Source: Candidatus Magasanikiibacteriota bacterium (GTDB taxonomy: Bacteria > Patescibacteriota > Patescibacteriia > Magasanikbacterales > UBA922). Taken from it: 64,000 bases of DNA. The position numbers and the translations under genes are program-made. The stretch lies in assembly GCA_021648085.1 (NCBI GenBank), contig JAKITS010000001.1, positions 915,201 through 979,200 on the forward strand. The letters run 5' to 3'. Shown in pieces: positions 28,701 through 41,342 of this stretch; within the stretch, counting starts at the first letter, position 1, and every line of letters begins with the position of its first letter. The notes under the pieces were generated by a model. That model searched no databases. It had not been told where the DNA came from and worked only from the letters and a program-made list of their open reading frames with translations.

Positions 28701-28973
28701 ATGGAGAGTATAAAAATTTTTGCAAGTCAGATAAATCCAAATATAGATACTATAGATTTGCACACAGAAAATTCTTTGTATGCTTCTATGGAAAAATTAG
28801 ACCAAAAATTATATTCTTTGTATCAAGATGAAAAAGAATATTGTAGGATTATTTTTGGGATTGGAACTGGTAAGCTTAAAAATGAAACTTTAAAATCTTT
28901 AGAAAAAAACCCACTAATTGAACATGTTGAAATGGATGAAAACGGTGGAAGTTGTATCGTATTCTTTTCTTAA
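28701..28973 (+). CDS. Small Smr-domain-like protein
   Basis: IDLHTENSL…IIFGIGTGKLK…GGSCIVFF follows the Smr pattern (DLHG…IhGkG…GG.G….V.l). Confidence 0.45.
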   Translation: MESIKIFASQINPNIDTIDLHTENSLYASMEKLDQKLYSLYQDEKEYCRIIFGIGTGKLKNETLKSLEKNPLIEHVEMDENGGSCIVFFS

Positions 28974-29007
28974 AATTATTAGTTATCCACTGTTATAAGA
29001 AAAGTAC

Positions 29008-29036
29008 TTGACAGCTTTTTTTAAATAGTGTAAAAT
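29008..29036 (+). promoter_or_regulatory. rRNA promoter candidate (TTGACA, 17 bp, TAAAAT) upstream of the 23S rRNA
   Basis: TTGACA at 29008..29013 and TAAAAT at 29031..29036. Followed by a leader containing a processing-stem-like hairpin. Confidence 0.5.
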
Positions 29037-29312
29037 GTGGAGCGTTATCGAAATTTAAAAAATAGTCTCACTACAGAAGTTAATCAAGTCGTTAATTTCT
29101 GTGGTCAGATTATAAGAGTCTCTAAATAAACATCTCAGCAGATGACTTATTTACTTAGAGAATCCAACTGATAGCACATTACAATTCAAGAGTCTTAATA
29201 GAGATATAAATTAAAATAATCTTTATAGCGATACAAAGTTATTTTAAATATATCTAAAAGAAAAATTGTAAGTAAAAAAATATTATATGCGAAAATACTA
29301 TTATGTGTTTTC

Positions 29313-32255
<2,943 letters not shown>

Positions 32256-32466
32256 GAAAGCACATAGTAGTTTTTTACTATAATAAATTCACATTTGTGT
32301 ATTTATATTACAAACATTTTTCTAATTATTTGAGGTTTAAATTGAATAGATTTTGCCAAAAAATTAGTTAGGACTCTTATTTGTGAAACAAAAAAGCAAT
32401 ATTTTGTTGATTTAAGTAGATTTATTTCTATTTAATTCTAGATTTTTTACAATTTAGTTTACAATT

Positions 32467-32573
32467 CCTGGTGTCTTTTGTGACGAGGGTACACCTGTTC
32501 CCATCTCGAACACAGCAGTTAAGTTCGTTTACGCCGATGATAGTCGAAAGGCAAAAGTAGGTAGGTGCCAGGT
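32467..32573 (+). rRNA. rrf: 5S ribosomal RNA
   Basis: CCTGGTG…CCCATCTCGAACACAGCAGTTAAG…GCCAGG with terminal helix pairing. The ends are approximate. Confidence 0.75.
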
Positions 32574-32753
32574 ATTGTAAACTAAATTGAAAATCTTAGA
32601 GCTACAAGATATTGTTTTTTTAATAGAAAAATACAACTTAAATGCTGTATTTTTTGTTTTTTAAATTATATTTTTATTTTTTGCTTGGCAAAATGGATTG
32701 TTTATGATAATGTTTGATATTCTTTAGACAATTCATCAACAAAAAAGGAGAAA

Positions 32754-33050
32754 ATGATGAATACAAAAATTAAAGAAAATAAAGAAGAAAGAAGTTTCCC
32801 AACTTTGGTCGACAAGTCTGTTGGCAGTAGAATGGAGGCTTTGAAACAACTTAAAACAAGAAAAGACTCTAAACTTATTGAATCTATTCTTGGGACTTTG
32901 TTCGTCTCTTTGATGAGTATGGTTCTGAGATCGACAAAAAAGGGGAGTAGTTTGTTAAGCTGGAAGAGAAAGAAAACCTTCGTCTTTTGGAAGCCGAGTG
33001 GCACGAGTGGAATCGTGCTAAAAAAGAGGAAAGGAGGTTCAAAAAAGTAG
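32754..33050 (+). CDS. Low-confidence small basic ORF. The region may instead be a frameshifted or degraded gene.
   Basis: Strong SD AAGGAG 6 nt upstream. A plus-strand terminator lies downstream. A second frame (32987..) encodes the more protein-like …NLRLLEAEWHEWNRAKKEERRFKK…. Confidence 0.25.
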   Translation: MMNTKIKENKEERSFPTLVDKSVGSRMEALKQLKTRKDSKLIESILGTLFVSLMSMVLRSTKKGSSLLSWKRKKTFVFWKPSGTSGIVLKKRKGGSKK

Positions 33051-33078
33051 TAATAATAGACGGAAGTAATGTCTTTAG

Positions 33079-33109
33079 AGTGGTATACAAATTGTATACC
33101 ACTTTTTTT
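33079..33109 (+). terminator. Rho-independent terminator (agtggtatacaaattgtataccact + T6)
   Basis: Perfect 10-bp stem and a T-run. Confidence 0.7.
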
Positions 33110-33240
33110 ATTACAAAATTTTTAATATTTTTTATGTTATCCACATTTGCAAAAGAATATTATTATGGTATAGTTTTATTTGTTGGGATTATTTTTGAAT
33201 ATTAGAAAATAATCCAATATTAATTTTTTATATAATTTTT

Positions 33241-33498
33241 ATGGAGTACGAATACGATGAAGCAAAAGGTGCTATTTTGGACCATTTAAAAGAAATATTT
33301 GAAGAGATAGAAGGTGAGATGGCAATGGCACATCAAGAAAAATATGCACTTTTAGAAGATGTTTTGGGAAATGCGTCAGACATCGGTGAGCTTAAAGTTG
33401 CTTTCGAGCAATGGTGCGCAGACCATATAGGAGAATTAGATTTAGAAGAGGATTTTGAGGAGTTGTGGGATCAGGCTTTTGCTAGATTAGAAGACTAA
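33241..33498 (+). CDS. Small, highly acidic hypothetical protein. Its locus has GC content above the window average.
   Basis: 85-aa ORF rich in E/D. A terminator hairpin follows at about 33505..33540. Confidence 0.45.
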   Translation: MEYEYDEAKGAILDHLKEIFEEIEGEMAMAHQEKYALLEDVLGNASDIGELKVAFEQWCADHIGELDLEEDFEELWDQAFARLED

Positions 33499-33619
33499 AA
33501 GATTAAAAAAATACCTTTTAAATAGGTATTTTTTATTTTAATATAAAAAAACTTGCTTCATTGCCTTGTTTGTTGATACTATAAATAGTAGGTTAGTTTT
33601 ATTTTTTTAATTATATTTT

Positions 33620-34555
33620 ATGCCATTTGTAAGCACAAAAAAAATGTTTAAAAAAGCAATGCAAGAGGGTTATGCAATTGGTGCTTTTAATATAAATAAT
33701 CTGGAAATCGCACAAGCGATAGTTGATGCAGCTGCAAAGACAAATTCCCCTGTTATTATCCAGGTTTCAGAGGGTGCTAGAGAATATGCAGGAACAGAAG
33801 ATCTCGTTGCAATAGTAAGAGCAGAATTGGAAATGAGCCCAAAGTTGGTTTCTGCACTTCATCAAGATCATGGTTCTAGTTTTGAAATATGTAAAAGTGC
33901 AATTAAAGCTGGATTTAGCTCTGTGATGATAGATGGTTCACATCTGCCTTTTGAAGAAAATGTAAAACTTACAAAAAAAGTTGTGGATTATGCACATAAA
34001 AAAAATATAACAGTAGAAGCAGAACTTGGGGAATTGATTGGAGAACAGTTTGACGCGGGCGAGGGAAGTGAAAAAAGCGAGGGAGCTTATACAGATCCAA
34101 AAAAAGCAAAAGAATTTGTAAAAAGGACTGGTTGTGATTCTTTGGCAGTTTCTATTGGAACTTCTCATGGAGTTTATAAATTTAAAGGTGATCCAAAATT
34201 AGACTTGAAACGCTTGGAAGAAATTCAAAAAATGATTCCAAAAATACCTTTGGTTTTGCACGGAGCATCTAGTATTTTGCAAAAATATGTAAAAATGGCA
34301 ACAAAACATGGTGCAGAAATTTCTGGTGCGCGAGGTGTTCCTGAAAGTGTAATTCGTAAATCTACAAAATTTGGTGTGGTAAAAGTAAATATTGATAGTG
34401 ATTTGCGTTTAGCAATGACTGCCACAATTCGTAAATATATGGATGAAAATCCTGGCGAAGTGGATCCTCGTAAATATTTGGGTGCAGGAAGAGATGAGTT
34501 GGAAAAATTAATTATACATAAATTTAAAGCTTTTGGTTGTCTTGGAAAAGCTTAG
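33620..34555 (+). CDS. fba: Fructose-bisphosphate aldolase, class II
   Basis: …NSPVIIQVSEGAREYAG…HQDHGSSFE…SVMIDGSH… are class II FBA motifs. Confidence 0.85.
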   Translation: MPFVSTKKMFKKAMQEGYAIGAFNINNLEIAQAIVDAAAKTNSPVIIQVSEGAREYAGTEDLVAIVRAELEMSPKLVSALHQDHGSSFEICKSAIKAGFSSVMIDGSHLPFEENVKLTKKVVDYAHKKNITVEAELGELIGEQFDAGEGSEKSEGAYTDPKKAKEFVKRTGCDSLAVSIGTSHGVYKFKGDPKLDLKRLEEIQKMIPKIPLVLHGASSILQKYVKMATKHGAEISGARGVPESVIRKSTKFGVVKVNIDSDLRLAMTATIRKYMDENPGEVDPRKYLGAGRDELEKLIIHKFKAFGCLGKA

Positions 34556-34576
34556 TAAAAAATTTAATTATTTTGT

Positions 34577-35320
34577 ATGGATTTTAAAAAAGTTGGAGTA
34601 GTAATTTTGGCAGGAGGAAGAGGTGCTAGATTGAATTGTACTGAAATTCCTAAGGTTATGTGCCCAATTGGGGATAAACCGATTATAAGCTATATTGTAG
34701 ATACTTTATTTCAAATTGGGTTTGAAAAAAGTAGTATTTCTCTTGTTGTTGGTTTTAAGAGAGAAAAAGTTGAAGAATATTTTGGTGAAGGTTTTATTTA
34801 TGCCCACCAAAAAGAACAACTAGGAACTGGACATGCTGCATATGTGGGAATGCAAAAACTACCAAAAGAAATTGAGATTGTTTTAGTATTAAATGGAGAT
34901 GACAGTGCTTTTTATAAAAAGGAAAGTTTGGTTAATTTCATTCAGTCGCATTTGGAAAATAATGCTACTATTTCTCTTTTAACCACAGAACTCGATCATC
35001 CAATAGGCTATGGAAGAGTAATTCGTAAAAATAATTCTTTCAAAATTATAGAAAAAGAATATTTAACAGAGGAACAGGAGAAAGTACAGGAAATTAGCAC
35101 TGGAACTTTTGTGTTTGATAGGTTTTGGTATGAAGGTGTGTTTCCAAACATGCCAAAAATGCGCGCAATAAACGAATATGGTATACCAGCAGCTATAATG
35201 ATGGCACGCGATGAAAATAAAAAAATTCAAGCTGTTTTGTTGGAAGATAGAAAAGAGTGGTACGGAGTAAACAAACCTCATGAATTGGAAGAGGCTAATA
35301 AAAGAAAGCAGATTAAGTAA
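34577..35320 (+). CDS. Sugar-phosphate nucleotidyltransferase (GlmU-like pyrophosphorylase domain only, no LβH acetyltransferase part)
   Basis: ILAGGRGARL nucleotide-binding motif. 8-nt gap to glmS. Confidence 0.65.
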   Translation: MDFKKVGVVILAGGRGARLNCTEIPKVMCPIGDKPIISYIVDTLFQIGFEKSSISLVVGFKREKVEEYFGEGFIYAHQKEQLGTGHAAYVGMQKLPKEIEIVLVLNGDDSAFYKKESLVNFIQSHLENNATISLLTTELDHPIGYGRVIRKNNSFKIIEKEYLTEEQEKVQEISTGTFVFDRFWYEGVFPNMPKMRAINEYGIPAAIMMARDENKKIQAVLLEDRKEWYGVNKPHELEEANKRKQIK

Positions 35321-35328
35321 AGAAATGT

Positions 35329-37149
35329 ATGTGTGGAATTATAGGTTATATTGGAAAAAAAGATGCTTCTACGATTTTGCTTCAGGGTTTGCGTCGTTTG
35401 GAGTATAGGGGGTATGACTCTGCAGGAATAGTTTGTTTTGCAGATAAGTTTTCTATTATAAAATCTGTTGGTAAAATAGAAAATTTAGCTGAAAAATTGA
35501 AATTTAATCCAGTTTCTGGAAATATTGGAATTGCTCACACTCGTTGGGCAACTCATGGTGGCGTGACAGAACAAAATGCACACCCTCATTCTTCTTGTAG
35601 AGATGAGGTTTTTTTGGTTCACAATGGAATTATAGAAAATTATAGAGAGTTAAAAAAAGAATTAGGATTTGAGCATAATTTTAAATCAGAAACAGATTCA
35701 GAAGTTTTGGCACATTTGATAGAAAAATTTTATAATGGTGATATTCGTTTGGCAGTTCAAAAAGCATTGAAAAAAATACGTGGAACTTATGGTTTGGTGG
35801 TAATGCACAAAAATGAACCAGATAAAATGATTGTGGCGAGAATGGGAAGTCCTATTGTTTTGGGAGTTGGTGAGGGGGAATATTTTGTGGCAAGCGATGC
35901 TACACCACTTTTGGCACATACTAGAGATGTGATTTTTTTGGATGACGGAGAATTGGCAGAAGTTTCAAAAAAAGGTTTTGAAATTTTTAATTTAAAAGAG
36001 CAAGAAGTTCAGAAAACAATAGAACATATAGAATGGAATGATGAACAGGCTGAAAAACAAGGATATCCTCACTTTATGCTCAAGGAAATTTTTGAACAGC
36101 CTGCTGTTTTTAAGGATGCAATTCGCGGAAGAATAAATGAGGAAGATGGAACTTCACATTTGGGCGGGTTGAATATGACAATAGAGGAAATGCACAGAAT
36201 AAACAGGATTGTTTTGATAGCTTGTGGAACTGCTTATTATGCATGTATGGTTGGTAAATATGCTTTTGAAAAGTTGGTTGGAATTCCAGTGGAGGTGGAT
36301 GTTGCAAGTGAGTTTAGATATAGAGATCCAATTATAGATAAAAATACTTTGGTTTTTGCAGTTTCTCAATCTGGTGAAACTGCTGATACTTTGGCGGCAT
36401 TGCGCGAGGCAAAAAGAAAAGGCGCTTTTGTACGGGGAATTGTAAATGTGGTTGGTTCTACAATTGCGCGTGAGACTGACGGTGGAACTTATATCCATGC
36501 TGGTCTTGAGTTTGCTGTTGCCTCTAGCAAGGCTTACACAAATATGGTTGCTGTTTTACTACTTTACGCATTGCAGTTTGGTAGATTAAATAAAACTAGC
36601 TTGCACCAAGGAAAAGAATTTATAGAAGAATTAAGGCAAATTCCACAAAAAATGGATAGAATTTTAGAACAAAAAGAAAAAATAAGACAGGTTGCGGAAA
36701 AATACTCACATTACAAAAATTTTCTATTTCTTGGTCGTGGAATAAATTATCCTGTTGCTTTGGAAGGGTCACTAAAACTAAAAGAAATTACTTATATTCA
36801 TAGTGAGGCGTGTCCAGCTGGAGAGATGAAGCATGGTGTAAATGCACTTTTGTCTGAAGATTTTCCTATTCTTGCAATTCTTACAAAAAATAGTTTGTAT
36901 GAAAAAATGAGGAGTAATGTTGAAGAAGTGAAAGCAAGAAAAAGTCCTATTTTACTACTCGCAAGTGAAGGTGATTTTACGGCACAAGAATTGGCAGATG
37001 ACATTTTATTTACACCAAAAACAATAGAAATTTTAGAGCCATTATTAAATACAATTATCTTGCAGTTGTTCGCTTATTATACAGCAGTTAAGCTTGGTAG
37101 AGATGTCGATAGACCTAGGAATTTGGCTAAGTCTGTGACAGTAGAGTAA
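35329..37149 (+). CDS. glmS: Glutamine--fructose-6-phosphate aminotransferase
   Basis: N-terminal MCGIIGYIG (Ntn Cys2), two SIS domains and a C-terminal …VTVE. Confidence 0.95.
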   Translation: MCGIIGYIGKKDASTILLQGLRRLEYRGYDSAGIVCFADKFSIIKSVGKIENLAEKLKFNPVSGNIGIAHTRWATHGGVTEQNAHPHSSCRDEVFLVHNGIIENYRELKKELGFEHNFKSETDSEVLAHLIEKFYNGDIRLAVQKALKKIRGTYGLVVMHKNEPDKMIVARMGSPIVLGVGEGEYFVASDATPLLAHTRDVIFLDDGELAEVSKKGFEIFNLKEQEVQKTIEHIEWNDEQAEKQGYPHFMLKEIFEQPAVFKDAIRGRINEEDGTSHLGGLNMTIEEMHRINRIVLIACGTAYYACMVGKYAFEKLVGIPVEVDVASEFRYRDPIIDKNTLVFAVSQSGETADTLAALREAKRKGAFVRGIVNVVGSTIARETDGGTYIHAGLEFAVASSKAYTNMVAVLLLYALQFGRLNKTSLHQGKEFIEELRQIPQKMDRILEQKEKIRQVAEKYSHYKNFLFLGRGINYPVALEGSLKLKEITYIHSEACPAGEMKHGVNALLSEDFPILAILTKNSLYEKMRSNVEEVKARKSPILLLASEGDFTAQELADDILFTPKTIEILEPLLNTIILQLFAYYTAVKLGRDVDRPRNLAKSVTVE

Positions 37150-37151
37150 TT

Positions 37152-37577
37152 ATGTTAATAATTTTATTCGGTCCTCCTGCTAGTGGAAAATCTACGCTTT
37201 TAGAATTTTTAGAAAATAAAAATTATAATGTTTTGGATATTGAAAAGCTTGGGAAAAACTATAAAGAGCGTAAAGAAAATTTTTATAAAAAACTAAATAC
37301 TAAAAAGTTCGATGTCGATTTTCTTTTTGTTGGTGCTGCAGACTTGTCGCCAGATGATTTTTTGGGAGATAAGAAGTCTATTATGCTTTTGCCGAATAAG
37401 AAGATATATAAGAAGCGTTTATTTGAGCGTAAATACAAAACAAAACAGAACGGGCTGTTTAAATATGATAAATTTAAAAAATGGAGTATTTTTTTTGATG
37501 GTTTTATTATTGAAAACAATGGAAGTGTGGAAGAAACAGTAAATAAAATTTTAAAACTGATTTTTATTGATAAGTAA
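37152..37577 (+). CDS. Small P-loop NTPase / nucleotide-kinase-like protein
   Basis: Walker A GPPASGKST at the N-terminus. 141 aa. Confidence 0.5.
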   Translation: MLIILFGPPASGKSTLLEFLENKNYNVLDIEKLGKNYKERKENFYKKLNTKKFDVDFLFVGAADLSPDDFLGDKKSIMLLPNKKIYKKRLFERKYKTKQNGLFKYDKFKKWSIFFDGFIIENNGSVEETVNKILKLIFIDK

Positions 37578-37580
37578 ATT

Positions 37581-38804
37581 ATGATAAAACAAATTTTAGA
37601 TTTACATATTCATTCCAAATATTCTCGTGCTTGTAGTAAAAGATTAGAGCTTTCAACAATTGCAAAAGCTTGTGAAATTCGTGGAATCGATATTGTAGCT
37701 ACAGGAGATTTTACACACCCAAAATGGTTTGAAAGTATTAAAAATGAATTGGTAGAAAGCTCGGTTGGTGTGTATAAATTAAAAAATAAAAAAAGTAAAA
37801 CTAAATTTATTTTGGGAACTGAAGTTTCTTCAATTAAAAAACACAAAGGAAAAACTAGACGAGTACATTTGCTAATTTTTGCTCCAAACATAGAGATTGC
37901 AGAAAAATTTAATAAAACTCTTGAACAAAAGGGGTTTAATTTAAAATCTGATGGGCGTCCAATTTTGGGAATTCCAAGTAAAGATATTTTGAAATTGATG
38001 TTGGAGGTGGACGAAAGAATGGTTATGATTCCAGCACACGCTTGGACGCCATGGTTTGGTATATTTGGTTCAAAAGGTGGCTACAATTCGTTAGAAGAAG
38101 CTTTTGATGAGTTGTCAGTACATATAAATGCAATTGAAACCGGGCTTTCTAGTGACCCTGCTATGAATTGGCGTTTGTCTGCTTTGGATAATATTACTTT
38201 AATTTCAAATTCAGATGCACACAGCCTACAAAAACTTGGGCGTGAGGCAAATGTTTTTCAATTTAAAAATGAATCTGAAATAACTTACAAAGAAATAATA
38301 AGGATAATTCAAGAAGGTGATAAAACAAAATTTTTAAATACTATTGAATTTTATCCTGAGGAAGGAAAATATCATGTGGACGGTCATAGGGGTTGCAGAT
38401 TTTTTTGTGAACCAGAAGAGACTAAAAAGTTAAAAGGAAAATGTCCAAAATGTAAAAAATCTCTGATAATCGGTGTTTTAAATAGAGTTGTAGGATTGGC
38501 AGACAGAACTGAAAATGAGGCAAAAAAAGTAAATAAAATTCCATATAAAAGTATAGTTCCACTTCCAGAAATTTTGTCTGGTGTATTGGGAAGAGGTGTG
38601 AACACAAAAACTGTACAAAAAGAATATGATAATTTAATTGAGAATATTGGTAGTGAATTTTTTATTCTTTTGGATGCAAAAATAGAAGATATCCACATGG
38701 TCGCTGGGGATAACATTGCAAAAGCTGTGGATAAAGTACGAAAAGGTGAGGTTGTTTTAAGTCCTGGATATGATGGTGAGTTTGGAAAAGTTAATGTTAA
38801 ATAA
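37581..38804 (+). CDS. PHP-domain nuclease with C-terminal zinc ribbon, EndoQ-like
   Basis: N-terminal LDLHIHSKYSRACS (PHP His cluster). C-terminal …GHRGCRFFCEPEE…GKCPKCKK… with four Cys. Size and architecture match the endonuclease Q family. Confidence 0.5.
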   Translation: MIKQILDLHIHSKYSRACSKRLELSTIAKACEIRGIDIVATGDFTHPKWFESIKNELVESSVGVYKLKNKKSKTKFILGTEVSSIKKHKGKTRRVHLLIFAPNIEIAEKFNKTLEQKGFNLKSDGRPILGIPSKDILKLMLEVDERMVMIPAHAWTPWFGIFGSKGGYNSLEEAFDELSVHINAIETGLSSDPAMNWRLSALDNITLISNSDAHSLQKLGREANVFQFKNESEITYKEIIRIIQEGDKTKFLNTIEFYPEEGKYHVDGHRGCRFFCEPEETKKLKGKCPKCKKSLIIGVLNRVVGLADRTENEAKKVNKIPYKSIVPLPEILSGVLGRGVNTKTVQKEYDNLIENIGSEFFILLDAKIEDIHMVAGDNIAKAVDKVRKGEVVLSPGYDGEFGKVNVK

Positions 38805-38821
38805 TTTTTGTAAATAAAAAA

Positions 38822-38850
38822 TAGAGTAATAATTTACTCTATTTTTTCAA
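38822..38850. terminator. Bidirectional terminator (atagagtaataatttactctat plus flanking A/T runs)
   Basis: Perfect 8-bp stem between convergent genes. Confidence 0.6.
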
Positions 38851-38857
38851 TTTATTT

Positions 38858-39583
38858 TTAAGTAGTTTTTAAACCTGTAAGAATTAAAGTATCTAATATT
38901 CTATTTATATTGCTTAGCATTTTGTCTGCCCATTTTAATCCAAAAGTTTTTTCAAAAAAGTCTTTTACTTCTTTGCTGGAAACCCAAGCTATAAATTGTT
39001 TGATTAATTTTTCTAAATATTTTTGTGCAACTTTTGTTTTCATTTTTAGTTTATTTTTAGATATAAACCACCATGTTGCTGTTTTATAGCCAAAATAGTA
39101 AATTTTTGATTCTTCTACTAGATCTAATGTCTTTTTCATTCTTTCTATTCCTAGTACATCTAAAGTGTCTGCGTCTTTTAGTAAATCTACCAAAAATCTA
39201 TTTTTTTTCTTGAATAATATTTTTGTAAAAAATGCTCCAGTTCCAAGACTTTTGCACAGAATTAATTTTATACTTGTACCAGCTAGCTCACCAAAAAGTT
39301 TATATTTTAACGTAAAAAACCACAGCATTAAAGCTGAAATAATATCATCTAAAAAAGGCATCCAAATAAAAGAAGTTTTGTTTGGAACTGTTCTAGACAC
39401 ATCGTGCCACCACGCTGCCAAAACTAGTGCATTTTTTTGTTTTGAATTTAAATGAAGATCATTACTGAAGGTTTTAACATGATTTACAACATTTTTGACA
39501 TGTTCTAGGTCGTGTATAGAGTCAGATGAGTGCTTCATTTTTTGTTTTGCAATTTTTATCAAACTGCTAAGCGTATCTTTCAT
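38858..39583 (-). CDS. HD-domain phosphohydrolase
   Basis: H…HD motif (LAAWWHDVSR) and an upstream His. Confidence 0.55.
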   Translation of the reverse strand: MKDTLSSLIKIAKQKMKHSSDSIHDLEHVKNVVNHVKTFSNDLHLNSKQKNALVLAAWWHDVSRTVPNKTSFIWMPFLDDIISALMLWFFTLKYKLFGELAGTSIKLILCKSLGTGAFFTKILFKKKNRFLVDLLKDADTLDVLGIERMKKTLDLVEESKIYYFGYKTATWWFISKNKLKMKTKVAQKYLEKLIKQFIAWVSSKEVKDFFEKTFGLKWADKMLSNINRILDTLILTGLKTT

Positions 39584-39661
39584 AAAAAAAATAGTTTTCT
39601 GGTATAATTATAACATATCCTTGATTTTTTATAAATAATCTGCTATTATTATTGCATAAAT

Positions 39662-39734
39662 GTGCCTGTAGCTCAGGGGTTAGAGCACCACGCTTATAAC
39701 GTGGGGGTCGATGGTTCAATCCCATCCAGGCGCA
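39662..39734 (+). tRNA. tRNA-Ile (anticodon UAU)
   Basis: Manual cloverleaf. Acceptor GTGCCTG/CAGGCGC (one U-G pair), anticodon loop CTTATAA and T-loop TTCAATC. An extended -10 box TGGTATAAT lies about 60 nt upstream. Confidence 0.75.
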
Positions 39735-39751
39735 CAAATTAATTTCTACAA

Positions 39752-40717
39752 ATGCCTGCCTTAAATCAAAAAATTATTTTAGATGAAGAGTCGAAAAAGA
39801 AGCGTCTCGACCTTTTGTTGAGTGAAAAATTGGGAATTAGTCGTTCACAAATAGAAAAAATGATAAAAAGAGGTGGTGTTTTGGTGGATGGAAAGCTAAT
39901 AGTAAAAGCTGGAAAAAAATTAATTTCTGCAAATGAGATAACTTTTCAAGAAATAGAGGAAAGAAAAAGTGAGGTACAAATTAAAAAAGAGGAAAACTTC
40001 GATGTAACAATTATAAAAGAAGAGTCGGATTATTTAGTAGTAGAAAAACCAGCTGGACTTTTGATACACCCAACCGAAGCTTTGGAAAAGGTGACAATGG
40101 CTGGAATTTTACTAGAAAAATATCCAGAATTAAAAGGTGTTGGAGAAGGTAAACTCCGTCCTGGAATTGTTCATCGTTTGGACAAAGACGCTTCTGGGCT
40201 TTTGGTAGTTGCCAAAAATCAAAAAATGTATGAACATCTAAAAAAACAATTTCAAAATAGAGAGGTAGAAAAAATTTATAAGGTTTTGGTTTATGGAATT
40301 ATAGAGACAGACCAAGAAATAATTGATTTTGAAATAGATAGAGGGAGAGATGGTAGAATGGTATCGCGTCCAACTTTGAAGAAGTTAACTTTGAGAACTG
40401 TAAGAGATATTCAAGAAGGTAGAAAAGCAAAAACAGAGTTTTGGGTAGAAAAAAGATTCGGTAGGTTTAGTTTTTTGAAGATAAAAATTTATTCTGGTAG
40501 AACACATCAAATCCGTGTTCATATGTATGCATACAACCATCCTGTTGTTGGCGACAATATATATTTCAATAAAAATTTATTCAAAAAACAAGATAAATTG
40601 GAAAGACTTTTTCTTCATTCAGCAAGACTTGGATTTAAAGATTTTGGTGGAAAATATGTTGTTTTTGAATCTGAACTTCCAGAAAAATTACAAAATTTTT
40701 TAAATAAACTAAGATAA
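39752..40717 (+). CDS. rluD: RluA/RluD-family pseudouridine synthase with N-terminal S4 domain
   Basis: HRLDKDASGLLVVAK catalytic-Asp motif. Confidence 0.85.
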   Translation: MPALNQKIILDEESKKKRLDLLLSEKLGISRSQIEKMIKRGGVLVDGKLIVKAGKKLISANEITFQEIEERKSEVQIKKEENFDVTIIKEESDYLVVEKPAGLLIHPTEALEKVTMAGILLEKYPELKGVGEGKLRPGIVHRLDKDASGLLVVAKNQKMYEHLKKQFQNREVEKIYKVLVYGIIETDQEIIDFEIDRGRDGRMVSRPTLKKLTLRTVRDIQEGRKAKTEFWVEKRFGRFSFLKIKIYSGRTHQIRVHMYAYNHPVVGDNIYFNKNLFKKQDKLERLFLHSARLGFKDFGGKYVVFESELPEKLQNFLNKLR

Positions 40718-40721
40718 TCTT

Positions 40722-41285
40722 ATGGAGGAGAATAAGGGGAAAATAATTGTAATCTCTGCGCCATCTGGCGGCGGAAAGACTACAATTTTAAAAGAGTTGA
40801 TAAAGAGAATTCCAAATTCCGCTCGTGTAATAACAGTGACATCGCGACCAAAAAGAGAGAGTGAACAGGAAGGAGTTGATTATTTTTTTGTTTCAAAAGA
40901 AAAATTTGAAGAGAAGATTGGGAACAATGAATTTGTTGAATACAATTTTTATTCAGGAAATTATTATGGTACAGAAAAGTCAAAATTGGAAGAATCAAAA
41001 CAAAAATACGCTTTTTCTTTTTTACCAACAGAGACAAATGGAAAAAATAATTTGGATAAATTGGGTATAGATCATATTTCGATATTTTTACTTCCGGAAT
41101 CTTTGGAAGTTTTGCGAAATAGAATTATGCAAAGAGGTGGGCACACAGCCAAAGAAATAGTAGAGAGACTGGGAATAGCAAAAGATGAGATAGCTGAGTC
41201 AGAAAAATATAATTTTAAGGTTGTAAATAAGGAAGGATATTTGGAAGAAACGATAGAGAAAATAGTGGAATTTTTGAGGAAATGA
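40722..41285 (+). CDS. gmk: Guanylate kinase
   Basis: P-loop SAPSGGGKTT. Ends with a TGA stop. Confidence 0.8.
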   Translation: MEENKGKIIVISAPSGGGKTTILKELIKRIPNSARVITVTSRPKRESEQEGVDYFFVSKEKFEEKIGNNEFVEYNFYSGNYYGTEKSKLEESKQKYAFSFLPTETNGKNNLDKLGIDHISIFLLPESLEVLRNRIMQRGGHTAKEIVERLGIAKDEIAESEKYNFKVVNKEGYLEETIEKIVEFLRK

Positions 41286-41311
41286 AATGATGTTTGGTAA
41301 TATTTCTATAA

Positions 41312-41340
41312 ATAAAAAAAGACCCGTTTGGGTCTTTTGT
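41312..41340. terminator. Bidirectional terminator (aaaaaaagacccgtttgggtcttttgt)
   Basis: 6-bp GC stem with an A-run and a T-run, between convergent genes. Confidence 0.6.
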
Positions 41341-41342
41341 GT

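Noticed and set aside
35320-35329. glmS ribozyme upstream of glmS
   Set aside because: glmS starts 8 nt after the preceding nucleotidyltransferase gene, so there is no room for a ribozyme or leader.
37152-39583. The P-loop, PHP-nuclease and HD-hydrolase cluster as an anti-phage defence island
   Set aside because: The genes are translationally coupled to the housekeeping fba-glmU-glmS operon. They have small sizes typical of kinase and repair functions, and no additional defence-associated genes or mobility signatures flank them.
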